This document shows, piece by piece, positions 1 through 8,255 of a stretch of DNA of 64,000 nucleotides. Position 1 is the first letter of the stretch, and each line of letters opens with the position of its first letter. This DNA comes from Acidimicrobiia bacterium (lineage in GTDB: Bacteria; Actinomycetota; Acidimicrobiia; IMCC26256; JAMXLJ01). The notes beneath the pieces are model-generated. The model saw nothing but the letters and a program-made list of their open reading frames with translations, ran no database searches and was not told where the DNA came from. The stretch lies in assembly GCA_024281095.1 (NCBI GenBank), contig JAMXLJ010000115.1, forward strand, positions 763 to 64,762. Direction: 5' to 3'. The position numbers were made by a program, and so were the translations under genes.

Positions 1-860
1 TCTCCCCCCTTCACCGCCTGACGGATCTGGTACGTGATGTCGCTGTTGTCGGTGAGCATCATCTGCACCTGGCCCGACTTCAGCGCGTTGAGTCGCGCAA
101 CCGGGTCGATGATCGGCCGGAACTCGATCTCGTCGAGATACGGCAGCTGACGCCCCGCGGAGTCCTTGCGCCAGTAGTTCGGGTTCTTCACGACCGTGAG
201 ATGGTCGTTGGGAATCCACTGACCCTTCAGCATGAACGGCCCGGTGCCGATGAGCTCGTTCGCACAGTTGGGCGAGTTGAGCTGCTTCGGGGCCGCCATC
301 GCGCCGCGGCCGGTCCCGAACAAAACCCACGGGAACTGCACCCACGGCACCTGCATGTTGACGGTCACTGTCAGCGGATCCGTGACGACGGTGCTCGTGA
401 TGTTCTTGAGGACGAAGCCGCCGAGGGGGCCGCCCTTCACCGCGTCGAGGTTCATCTTCACCGCCGCGGCGTCGAGCAGCTCACCGTCGTGGAACTTGAT
501 TCCAGGACGGATCTTGATCGTCCATGTGCGGTAGTCGGCACTCGGTGTGACCGACTGTGCGAGATACGGAGACAGATTGCCCTTGTCGTCCGGGACGACC
601 AGCTGTTCGTAGATCGCGTCGTTGACGATGATTCCCGACGCGGCGAGCTGGGCGTTCTTGGGGCACCATCCGCCACCGGTTTCCGCGTCGAGCGCGTAGA
701 CGATCTTGCCGCCGGGACGCGGTGTCGTCGTGTCCTTCGCCGAGGCATTGCCCGAGCCCGAGCCCGAACCGCCGCCGCCACCACAGGCCGCCGCCACGAC
801 CGTCACCACGGCGACGATCGCGGCGAACCGCACCGACGCCCACCCCGGACGCTGCCGCAT
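1..860 (-). CDS. ABC transporter substrate-binding lipoprotein, family 5 (peptide/nickel/opine type); 3' end lies outside the window
   Basis: My own reverse-strand translation from ATG at 860 gives MRQRPGWASVRFAAIVAVVTVVAAACGGGGGSGS (signal peptide plus VAAAC lipobox). It continues ...GKIVYALDAETGGGW...IKFHDGELLDAAAVKMNLD...VKNPNYWRKD, the SBP_bac_5 pattern. It is absent from the ORF track because there is no stop inside the window. The + ORF 201..905 is its antisense shadow. Confidence 0.8.
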   Translation of the reverse strand, partial: MRQRPGWASVRFAAIVAVVTVVAAACGGGGGSGSGSGNASAKDTTTPRPGGKIVYALDAETGGGWCPKNAQLAASGIIVNDAIYEQLVVPDDKGNLSPYLAQSVTPSADYRTWTIKIRPGIKFHDGELLDAAAVKMNLDAVKGGPLGGFVLKNITSTVVTDPLTVTVNMQVPWVQFPWVLFGTGRGAMAAPKQLNSPNCANELIGTGPFMLKGQWIPNDHLTVVKNPNYWRKDSAGRQLPYLDEIEFRPIIDPVARLNALKSGQVQMMLTDNSDITYQIRQAVKGG

Positions 861-1044
861 GTGTGTCCCCCTCCCACCGCGGCGAACAAGTGGGCGAGAC
901 GATAACGGAGCGGCGGGGTCGAGTGTTGGCGGCGCGGCCTCCTGGCGGGAGCAGGCGAAATGTCCTGCCACCCCATGGGCTGCGTCGGACCCTGCCGTGG
1001 GGGGTAGATCGCGCCGTCGGCGACTCGACCCGGGTGGACAACGA

Positions 1045-1911
1045 GTGCACATCAACGACGTGACCCGCTGGGCCCGCGGAAACGGGCTCGAGATCGTGCT
1101 GATCGCGATCGGTTCGGTGCTGCTCGCGCGCTTGGCGCACTGGTGCTCGCAGCGGTACCAGGAGTTCGTCTACCGCCAGGTCCTCACCGAGGTCGAGGAC
1201 CGAGGCATCCTGCCCGAGCACAGCAAGCGCGCCCGGGCCGTGGCCCAGGCCGCCGAGCTCGGTGTCACGAGCCTCATCTACACCCTCGCGGTGCTCCTGA
1301 TCCTCTGGAAGTTCGGGCTGCCGTTGTCCAGCCTCGTGCCGCCGGCGACGATCATCGGCGTCGCTCTCGGGTTCGGCGCGCAGCAGATCGTCGCCGACCT
1401 GCTCGCCGGGTTCTTCATCCTCTCGGAGCGCCAGTTCGGGGTCGGAGACCTCGTGCAACTCTCGCAACCGGGTCAGACGACCGGCGTGCGCGGCACCGTC
1501 GAGGAGCTCACACTGCGCGTCACGAAGCTTCGGACCGTGCAGGGCGAGGTCGTGTTCCTCCCGAACAGCGCGCTGCGACAGGTGACGAATCTCTCGCGCG
1601 AGTGGTCGCGCGTGGTGGTGGACGTACCCATCCCCGTCTCGCAGGACCTCGACAAGGCCACGGACGTCGTCCGGGAAGCCGCGGCCGAGTTGTGGCACGA
1701 CCCCGAGTGGCACGAAACGCTGCTCGGAGAGCCGATCGTCGCGGGCGTCGAGAACATCGAGGTCGACCATCTCGTGCTGCGCGTCATCGCACGCACGCTG
1801 CCGGGGAAGCAGTTCGACGTCGGTCGCGTGCTGCGGTTACGGATTGCCTTGGCTCTGCAGCGCGCCGGCATCGCGTCGGCGACCCCCGTGGCGACGACGG
1901 CGGGGGCCTGA
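1045..1911 (+). CDS. MscS-family small-conductance mechanosensitive channel
   Basis: ORF 706..1911. The last ~290 aa show TM helices followed by GAQQIVADLLAGFFILSERQFGVGDLV...GTVEELTLRVTKLRTVQGEVVFLPNS, which is the MscS core. The first 113 codons are Pro/Arg-rich, so I take GTG at 1045 (VHINDVTRW) as the start. The start is uncertain. Confidence 0.85.
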   Translation: MHINDVTRWARGNGLEIVLIAIGSVLLARLAHWCSQRYQEFVYRQVLTEVEDRGILPEHSKRARAVAQAAELGVTSLIYTLAVLLILWKFGLPLSSLVPPATIIGVALGFGAQQIVADLLAGFFILSERQFGVGDLVQLSQPGQTTGVRGTVEELTLRVTKLRTVQGEVVFLPNSALRQVTNLSREWSRVVVDVPIPVSQDLDKATDVVREAAAELWHDPEWHETLLGEPIVAGVENIEVDHLVLRVIARTLPGKQFDVGRVLRLRIALALQRAGIASATPVATTAGA

Positions 1912-1912
1912 C

Positions 1913-2254
1913 ATGCCGAAGCTGCGCGTCCGCCGGTCGACGGTTGTGCTCACCGTCGCGTTCGTCGGCGTCTTCGCCCTGTGGTTGACGGTCCGGCCTG
2001 CGCCGACCCCCAAGCCGGTGTACGTGCCCGTACTGCCACCGCCGGCGTCGACTACGACCAGCGCGCCGCGCAGCACGACGTCGACGACCCGAGCGAGCGC
2101 GTCCTCCACCACGACCACGACGACGACGATCTCCGGTGGGGGCTCGTCCACGACGATGTCGTCGCCGACGACGACCGCGCTGCGGTCCAGCACGACGAGT
2201 TCCTCGTCGTCCTCGACGACCACGACCACCGTCCGCCCGCCGCCGGCCTCGTAG
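1913..2254 (+). CDS. Hypothetical membrane-anchored protein with an extreme Ser/Thr-rich (mucin-like) ectodomain
   Basis: Internal ATG of ORF 1844..2254, placed 1 nt after the MscS stop (TGAcATG). The product reads MPKLRVRRSTVVLTVAFVGVFALWLTV (basic N-terminus plus one TM helix) followed by PAPTPKP...ASTTTSAPRSTTSTT...TTTTTTTISGGGSSTT...TTSSSSSSTTTTT. Low-complexity sequence means coding status is not certain. Confidence 0.4.
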   Translation: MPKLRVRRSTVVLTVAFVGVFALWLTVRPAPTPKPVYVPVLPPPASTTTSAPRSTTSTTRASASSTTTTTTTISGGGSSTTMSSPTTTALRSSTTSSSSSSTTTTTVRPPPAS

Positions 2255-2276
2255 CGACGGGCGGAGGCCGAACGGT

Positions 2277-2900
2277 TCAGACCACGTGCACGTTGCGGCG
2301 CAACGTCGTCGCGCCGAGGAGCAGCATCACACCGAAGTACACGAGGAAGAACCCGAGCAGCAATGCGAGCGCGAACACCGTGATGCCGGGCCAGGCGATC
2401 GTGACGATGCCGACGGCGATGGCGGCGAGCCCGCGCGCGAGATACCACGCCCAGTCGCGGCCGGCTGTGCGAGCGTGGAATGCGGCCGCGGTCTCGAAAC
2501 CTCCGAGCAGGAGGAGCTCGACGCCGAACAGCAGCGCCAGCGCCCATACGGTGATGCCGGGCCAGACCAGCGTGATCACGCCCAACGCGAGGCTCGCGAC
2601 ACCGCGCAACATCAGCAGCCACCATTCCCGCGCGTGATCACGGATCTGCAACGCGTGCGCGATCTGCAGCGGCCCCGCGATCACGAGGAACACCCCGAAG
2701 ATGACGGCGAGCGCGAGGACAGTGCCTCCGGGCCAGGCGATCGTCACGATGCCCGCGATGATCGCCCAGATCCCGAGGAGCAGCGGCACCCACGCCGCCC
2801 GACGGATCGCATGCGCCGTCGCGGCGTCCGCGTAGATCTCCGTCCGTGCGCCCCGCTTCGGCATGGAACCGGACGAGACTCGCCCCGCATGCTGCGCCAT
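2277..2900 (-). CDS. HdeD/DUF308 family membrane protein (acid-resistance membrane protein-like)
   Basis: ORF 2277..2900. It contains repeated helix-pair units (WLLMLRGVASLALGVITLVWPGITVWALALLFGVELLLLG and ARGLAAIAVGIVTIAWPGITVFALALLLGFFLVYFG) typical of DUF308/HdeD. Confidence 0.85.
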   Translation of the reverse strand: MAQHAGRVSSGSMPKRGARTEIYADAATAHAIRRAAWVPLLLGIWAIIAGIVTIAWPGGTVLALAVIFGVFLVIAGPLQIAHALQIRDHAREWWLLMLRGVASLALGVITLVWPGITVWALALLFGVELLLLGGFETAAAFHARTAGRDWAWYLARGLAAIAVGIVTIAWPGITVFALALLLGFFLVYFGVMLLLGATTLRRNVHVV

Positions 2901-3006
2901 GTCGCGTCTCCTCTATCCGACGATCAGAACCGTGCGACGCTCGCGTAGGGAGGATTCCGCCGCTCGGGGCATGTCACACCACGCGTTCCCGTAGTTTCGG
3001 ACGCCT

Positions 3007-4689
3007 TCACGGATGAGCCAGCCCCCTCCCGGGGGACTGCAGATGCTCGTACGCCAGCCGGACGGCCATGGAACCCTCCCCGACGGCCGAGGCCACCCGT
3101 TTGATCGATCCGCTGCGCACGTCACCCGCGGCGAAGACACCGGGGAGGCTCGTTTCCAGCACGAGCCGCGGGCGCGGCAACGCGCCCGGCACGGTCATAC
3201 CGTCGGACACCGCCGCGCCCGTCAAGACGAAGCCATGGTCGTCGAGCGCGACCTCGTCGCCGAGCCATTGCGTGTGCGGCTCGGCGCCGATGAACACGAA
3301 GAGGCGCCGGGCCGGCAACTCGCGGCGCTCGCCCGTGTGGTTGTCCTCCACCTCGATCGTCTCGAGCTCGCCTCCGCCGTGGAGCGCGCGCACCTCGGTG
3401 TGCGGCAGCACTTCGATCGTCGGTGATCGCTCGATCCGGTCGACGAGATAGCGCGACATGTCGCGGGCGAGGTCGTCGTGTCTGACGAGCAGGCGCACAT
3501 GTGACGCTTGACTCGACAGGAACAGTGCCGCTTGTCCCGCGGAGTTGCCGCCGCCGACGACCGCGATCTCAGCGCGGCGGCACACCTGCGCCTCGACGAG
3601 CGTGGCGGCGTAGAACACGCTGGTCTCCTCGAACTCCTCGAGCCGTGGCACGGGGAGTCTCCGGTAGCGCGCACCCGTCGCGATCACGATGGTGTGACCA
3701 TGCAGAGTCGCGCCGTCGTCGAGCTGCACCGCGTAGCCGCCGTCGTCTGCGGTGACCTTCGTCGCCTCGCCGGGAACGGCGAAGCGAGCGCCGAACTTCT
3801 CTGCCTGGATGACGGCCCGATCGGCGAGCTCGCCGCCCGAGATCCCCGCGGGAAAGCCGAGATAGTTCTCGATGCGCGACGACGTGCCGGCCTGGCCGCC
3901 GGTCGCGACCGCGTCCACGACGATCGTGCTGAGCCCTTCCGACGCGCCGTATACCGCGGTCGCGAGGCCCGCCGGACCGGCACCGACGACGATCATGTCC
4001 CAGCGCGAACCGCCCGTGTCGTCCTCGAACCCGAGGATGCGCGCGAGCTCGCGGTTGCTGGGGTTCCGGAGCACGCGGTGGTCGCCGAGGATGACGACCG
4101 GCGTCTCCTCGGGCGAGATCGCGAGCCGCTGCAGGAGCATCTCGGCTTCCTCGTCACGGTCGAGATCGATCCATCGGTGCGGCAACCGGTTGCGGGCCGT
4201 GAACCGGTGCAGGCGCCGGGTGTCGGGGGAGAACCGCGAGCCGATGATGCGCAGGCCCGCGCCCAAGCCGATCAGGAGCGACCGGCGGGCGAGAAACGCG
4301 CGCAGGAGCAGGTCGCCGAGCGACGTGTCCTCGGTGACGAGTTGCCGCAGCGCTTCCACGGGTACCGCGACGAGCTCGCCGGCCTCCTCGACGACGGCTC
4401 TCAGCAGTGCGGGCTGGCCTGTGAGAAGCGACGTCTCACCGAGAAATTGACGAGGTCCGACGCGTGCGATCACGTCGTCCTCGACGCCGGGGTCCTCCAC
4501 GAGCGCGACACGCCCGCTCGAAACGGCGAAGAACTCGCGCGCCGTGTCGCCGGCGTCGTACAGCACCTCGCCCGCGCGGGCCTGCCTCGTGTCGCCGCGC
4601 GCGGTGAGCGAGGCGAACTGCTCGTCGCTCAGCGATGGGAACGCGCCGCCATCGGCAGCACCGCGCGCGTCCTTCCGTCCGTCGCTCAC
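3007..4689 (-). CDS. Cyclic-nucleotide-binding domain fused to a thioredoxin-reductase-like FAD/NAD(P) oxidoreductase
   Basis: ORF 3007..4689 (560 aa). The N-terminus has the cNMP-binding pattern (EVLYDAGDTAREFFAVSSGRVALV...FLGETSLLTGQP). The C-terminus has TrxR-like motifs: DMIVVGAGPAGLATAVY (FAD), AVVGGGNSAGQAALFL (NADPH) and GVFAAGDVRSGSIKRVASAVGEG. The canonical CxxC redox site is absent (see findings). Confidence 0.9.
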   Translation of the reverse strand: MSDGRKDARGAADGGAFPSLSDEQFASLTARGDTRQARAGEVLYDAGDTAREFFAVSSGRVALVEDPGVEDDVIARVGPRQFLGETSLLTGQPALLRAVVEEAGELVAVPVEALRQLVTEDTSLGDLLLRAFLARRSLLIGLGAGLRIIGSRFSPDTRRLHRFTARNRLPHRWIDLDRDEEAEMLLQRLAISPEETPVVILGDHRVLRNPSNRELARILGFEDDTGGSRWDMIVVGAGPAGLATAVYGASEGLSTIVVDAVATGGQAGTSSRIENYLGFPAGISGGELADRAVIQAEKFGARFAVPGEATKVTADDGGYAVQLDDGATLHGHTIVIATGARYRRLPVPRLEEFEETSVFYAATLVEAQVCRRAEIAVVGGGNSAGQAALFLSSQASHVRLLVRHDDLARDMSRYLVDRIERSPTIEVLPHTEVRALHGGGELETIEVEDNHTGERRELPARRLFVFIGAEPHTQWLGDEVALDDHGFVLTGAAVSDGMTVPGALPRPRLVLETSLPGVFAAGDVRSGSIKRVASAVGEGSMAVRLAYEHLQSPGRGLAHP

Positions 4690-4695
4690 GACGGC

Positions 4696-5157
4696 TCAGG
4701 CGGCGCCGGCCGTCCGGCCGGCCTCGCGCAGTCCCTGCTCGAGCCACTCTCGCAGCCGGGCTTCGGCCGCCGCGCCGACTTGACGCGACACCACCCGGCC
4801 GCGATCGAGCACGAGCAGTGTGGGGATGCTCTGCGCCTCGAATCGTTGTGCGACCCGTCCTGCCTCGTCGACGTTGACCTTCACGAGCTTCACGCGGCCC
4901 GCGAAGTCGGCCGCGATGCGTTCGAGCGCAGGGCTCACCATGCGGCAGGGGCCGCACCAAGGCGCCCACAAGTCGACGAGCACCGGGATGTCGGCTCGAT
5001 CGGCGATCTCGGTGAAGTCGTCGTCGCCGGCATCCGTTACCCACGGCAGCGGTGCACCGCAGTTGCCGCACTTCGGGCTGCCGGGGCCCGCGGCGGGCAC
5101 GCGGTTCTTCTTGCCGCAGCGCGGGCACACCACGATGTTCGCCACGGTCGTTGTCAT
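4696..5157 (-). CDS. trxC: Thioredoxin with an N-terminal zinc-finger (Trx2 type)
   Basis: ORF 4696..5157. It carries CPRCGKKNRV...CGNCG (two CxxC motifs) followed by DLWAPWCGPCRM, the WCGPC active site. A GGAGGTG Shine-Dalgarno sits upstream of the ATG at 5157. Confidence 0.9.
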   Translation of the reverse strand: MTTTVANIVVCPRCGKKNRVPAAGPGSPKCGNCGAPLPWVTDAGDDDFTEIADRADIPVLVDLWAPWCGPCRMVSPALERIAADFAGRVKLVKVNVDEAGRVAQRFEAQSIPTLLVLDRGRVVSRQVGAAAEARLREWLEQGLREAGRTAGAA

Positions 5158-5196
5158 GTCGGCACCTCCTGCCGGAGGCCGGTCACAGTGGTCCGG

Positions 5197-6075
5197 TCAT
5201 GAGCTCGTCGGTCTCGCGGGCTCGCGGCCCGGTGTGCGCGGCCGCGGTTGGGAGGCGCTGCCGTTCGAGCCGCCGTACGGGGTCGGGATGTACTCCACTG
5301 ACGGGCGGCGGTTGCGCGGCTGGGGATAGAGCCGCATGAGCAGCCGGACTTCGTCGGGGAGGTCGGTCGACACCGGCAGGCCGAGGCTGCGGGCGTAGTC
5401 CGGCTCGATCGGGAAGTCATGGGTCCAGCGGCCTTCGGACAAGGTCCGGGCCACATCGGGCGCGCTTCCGTCGAGATGCGGCTTCAGCAGCCGCTCCACG
5501 AACGTCTGCACCTGCTGCTGCGCCTTCCTGCCGATGTCGGCGAGGATCAGCGTCTTGTCGTCGACCTCGTTCTTGTCCTTCTGGTCGACGGCCACGAGCA
5601 CCGAAGCCGCCGGGTACTCGCCGATCTGTGGGTCGACCGGGCCGAGAACCGCGGAGGGCGCCATCACGATGGAGTCGGCTGCGAGGGCGATGAGTGTGCC
5701 ACCGCTCATTGCGTAGTGCGGCACGTAGACCTTCACCGGTGCCGGATGCGCCGCCAGCGCGGACGCGATCTGCTCCGCCGCGAGGACGAGACCGCCCGGT
5801 GTGTGGATCACCATGCTGATCGGGAGCTTCGGATCGGTCATCTCGATGGCGCGGATCACGGCCTCGGAGTCATCGATGTTGATGAACCCGCCGAACGGGA
5901 TGCCGAGGAACGAGAAGGAATCGTGCCGGTGAATCAGCGTGATGCCACGAGACCCGTCGCGCTTTTCGAGCTGGCGCAACGCATGCGCCCGTTGCGCCGC
6001 GAGGATCCGCTGCTGCACGAGCGGCTGCAGGCTGGAGAGTATGAAGAAGATCCACAACAAATCGAGCGGGTTCAC
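5197..6075 (-). CDS. SDH-family Clp-fold serine proteinase (PF01972-like, membrane-associated)
   Basis: ORF 5197..6075. It has an N-terminal hydrophobic helix, then ITLIHRHDSFSFLGIPFGGFINIDDSEAVIRAI...MVIHTPGGLVLAAEQIASAL...VPHYAMSGGTLIALAADSIVMAPSAVLGPVDPQ, the characteristic SDH_sah pattern. Confidence 0.75.
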   Translation of the reverse strand: MNPLDLLWIFFILSSLQPLVQQRILAAQRAHALRQLEKRDGSRGITLIHRHDSFSFLGIPFGGFINIDDSEAVIRAIEMTDPKLPISMVIHTPGGLVLAAEQIASALAAHPAPVKVYVPHYAMSGGTLIALAADSIVMAPSAVLGPVDPQIGEYPAASVLVAVDQKDKNEVDDKTLILADIGRKAQQQVQTFVERLLKPHLDGSAPDVARTLSEGRWTHDFPIEPDYARSLGLPVSTDLPDEVRLLMRLYPQPRNRRPSVEYIPTPYGGSNGSASQPRPRTPGREPARPTSS

Positions 6076-6090
6076 GAGGCCGCCTCTCTG

Positions 6091-7017
6091 CTAGGGGACA
6101 TGGGACGGCGAGCCTGCGCCGTGCGGCTCGACCGGGCCCGGGATCACGAGCACGGGCGCGGGGCTCTGGTGCACGATCGTGGCCGCGGTGCTGCCGAGCG
6201 CGACACGCGCGAGGCCGGTGCGTTCGTGCGACCCTGCGATCACGAGCGGGGCGGGGTGCTCGCGCAAGTAGTCGCGCAGGCCCGACGCCGGGCTCACGGG
6301 ATCCCACACCACTTCGGTTTCGATCTCGTGGCCCTGTGCGAGCAGCGGCCCCGCGAGCCATCGGAGGAAGTCGTCGACGTCGCCGGGCGGGCCGAATCGC
6401 CGTCGTTCCGGTCGACCGTCGAGCCCGGGCGGGACCGGCTCGGCCACGGTGACGAGCAACGCGGGCTCGTTCAACAGGTCGCACCATCCCAGCGCCGTCG
6501 GGAGCAGCCATTGCAGCGCAGCTGAATCGTCGTCGACGCACGCGACGATCCCGACCCGGGCGCCGTCGGCATCGATCCACGGTGCGAGGTCGCCGATCAT
6601 CGGGCCGGCGAGCAGGAGTGGGTCGTGCCCGCGGGCCAGGATCTCCGCCGTGACCGACCCGACCAACGCGGCCGACCGGCCGCGTCCGTGGCTCGCCATG
6701 CAGCAGACCGCGTCGCGCAGGCGGTGCAGCGCGCCGTCGATCGCATCGGCCGGCTCGTCGTCGACGACGACCGCGCGGTGGACCCGGTGCCCGGGAAGCC
6801 GCACCGCGTCGAGCAGGGCCTCTCGCTGAGCGAGCTCGTCGCGGTGCTTGACGACACTGAACAGATGGATGTCGACGTCGAGACGACCGGCGAACTGCGC
6901 GGCGACGGGCAGAGCCCGTTCGGCGAACGCCGATCCGTCGAGGGGCACGAGGATCGCCTCCACGGAGAACGCGTGCTCGACGTGCGCGCGCTCACCCATC
7001 GTCTCGGCGCGCGCCAT
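6091..7017 (-). CDS. Universal stress protein, tandem USP domains
   Basis: ORF 6091..7017 (308 aa). It contains two USP-like halves, each ending in a G-x2-G-x9-GS type ATP motif region (MASHGRGRSAALVGSVTAEIL and IAGSHERTGLARVALGSTAATIV). Confidence 0.85.
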   Translation of the reverse strand: MARAETMGERAHVEHAFSVEAILVPLDGSAFAERALPVAAQFAGRLDVDIHLFSVVKHRDELAQREALLDAVRLPGHRVHRAVVVDDEPADAIDGALHRLRDAVCCMASHGRGRSAALVGSVTAEILARGHDPLLLAGPMIGDLAPWIDADGARVGIVACVDDDSAALQWLLPTALGWCDLLNEPALLVTVAEPVPPGLDGRPERRRFGPPGDVDDFLRWLAGPLLAQGHEIETEVVWDPVSPASGLRDYLREHPAPLVIAGSHERTGLARVALGSTAATIVHQSPAPVLVIPGPVEPHGAGSPSHVP

Positions 7018-7270
7018 CTCGTCCCTCCTCGAGTCCGGCGTGGGTCACGGCTCCGGCGGTCGCTCCACTGAGCATGTCCCCACGGCCGCGGCCGCTCACC
7101 ACGCGACCGCGTAGTTTCCGCACGCCACCGCCACCGCGCGCGAGCGACCGCGAACGAACTACGCGTCCACGTGGGTCGCGTACTGATGCACCGTGGTGAT
7201 ACTCCAAGACGATGGCAGGCGCGCGCGGTACTGCGCGCTGAGCGACGCACGCACACACGGAGGTGCAGCT

Positions 7271-7756
7271 GTGACGCAGGTACAGAGACGAGACGACAAG
7301 GGATCGCGTTCGTCGGACCGGCCCGACCGGTCCGACGCGCTGACCCGCTGGTTCGGTGAATGGCCGATGCCGCGCTGGTTCCCCGACATCGCCCGCGGCC
7401 TCATCGACACCGGCGAGCTCGGCCAGTTGCTCCCGAGAGTCGAGGAATTCGTCCAGGACAACGAGATGGTCGTGCGGGCGGAGCTGCCGGGAATCGACCC
7501 CGACCGCGACGTCGAGATCACGGTGAACGACAACACGCTGCGGATCCGGGCCGAGCGACGTGAGGAATCACGTGACGAAGCCGAGGGCTACCGCACGGAG
7601 TTCCGCTACGGACTGTTCGAGCGCATCATCCCGCTGCCCGCCGGTGTGAACGAGGAGCAGGTGCGCGCGTCCTACAAGGACGGGATCCTCGAGGTGCGGG
7701 TACCGATCGACCAGCAGCGCGCCGAGGCAAAGCGCATCACGGTTCAGCGCGCGTAG
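7271..7756 (+). CDS. Hsp20/alpha-crystallin small heat-shock protein
   Basis: ORF 7193..7756. I take GTG at 7271, preceded by GGAGG at 7259-7263, as the start. The alpha-crystallin domain reads VVRAELPGIDPDRDVEITVNDNTLRIRAERREE...FRYGLFERIIPLPAGVNEEQVRASYKDGILEVRVP. Confidence 0.9.
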   Translation: MTQVQRRDDKGSRSSDRPDRSDALTRWFGEWPMPRWFPDIARGLIDTGELGQLLPRVEEFVQDNEMVVRAELPGIDPDRDVEITVNDNTLRIRAERREESRDEAEGYRTEFRYGLFERIIPLPAGVNEEQVRASYKDGILEVRVPIDQQRAEAKRITVQRA

Positions 7757-7765
7757 GCCGGCACG

Positions 7766-8248
7766 ATGGTCTCACCCGACGCGGTCACCGACGACGAGCA
7801 GCTCCGTCGCGACGTCGCGGCCCGGCTCGAAGCAGATCCGGGCGTCGACGCGCGGCGGATCGTCGTGTCGGTTGCCGGCGGCGTCGTAACGCTGGCCGGC
7901 GAGGTGCGCTCCTACTCCGAGAAATGGGAGGCGGAGCGCGTGGTGGAGCGGATGCCCGGTGTTCGGGGAATCGCGAACGACATCGAGGTGCGCGGCGACA
8001 CGACCCGCGACGACAGTGAGATCGCGCGACGCGCGGTCGAGGCGCTGAGGCGGAATGTGCTCGTGCCTTCGAAGGCGCTCACGGTCCGGGTCGAGAACGG
8101 TTGGGTCGTGCTCAGCGGCGAGGTGACGCGCTCCTTCCAGCGACGAGCGGCGGAGCGGGCCGTGCGGAATCTTCCTGGTGTGCGCGGCGTCTCGAGCACG
8201 ATCACCGTTCGCCCGCGTGCGGGGGACCGCGGCGCCGGATCGCGCTGA
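7766..8248 (+). CDS. BON-domain protein (two BON domains, OsmY-like)
   Basis: ORF 7766..8248. It has two repeats of the BON pattern: VSVAGGVVTLAGEVRSYSEKWEAERVVERMPGVRGIANDIEV and VRVENGWVVLSGEVTRSFQRRAAERAVRNLPGVRGVSSTITV. Confidence 0.85.
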   Translation: MVSPDAVTDDEQLRRDVAARLEADPGVDARRIVVSVAGGVVTLAGEVRSYSEKWEAERVVERMPGVRGIANDIEVRGDTTRDDSEIARRAVEALRRNVLVPSKALTVRVENGWVVLSGEVTRSFQRRAAERAVRNLPGVRGVSSTITVRPRAGDRGAGSR

Positions 8249-8255
8249 AGTCCGC

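Noticed and set aside
201-1770. Plus-strand ORF 201..905 and minus-strand ORF 481..1770.
   Set aside because: Both are shadows. The real genes are the reverse-strand SBP lipoprotein (1..860) and the forward-strand MscS (1045..1911).
7018-7270. Known heat-shock or dormancy operators (CIRCE TTAGCACTC-N9-GAGTGCTAA, HAIR CTTGAGT-N7-ACTCAAG, DosR box GGGACT-N2-AGTCCC) upstream of hsp20/USP.
   Set aside because: None of these consensus sequences is visible on either strand. Only isolated GTCCC pentamers occur.
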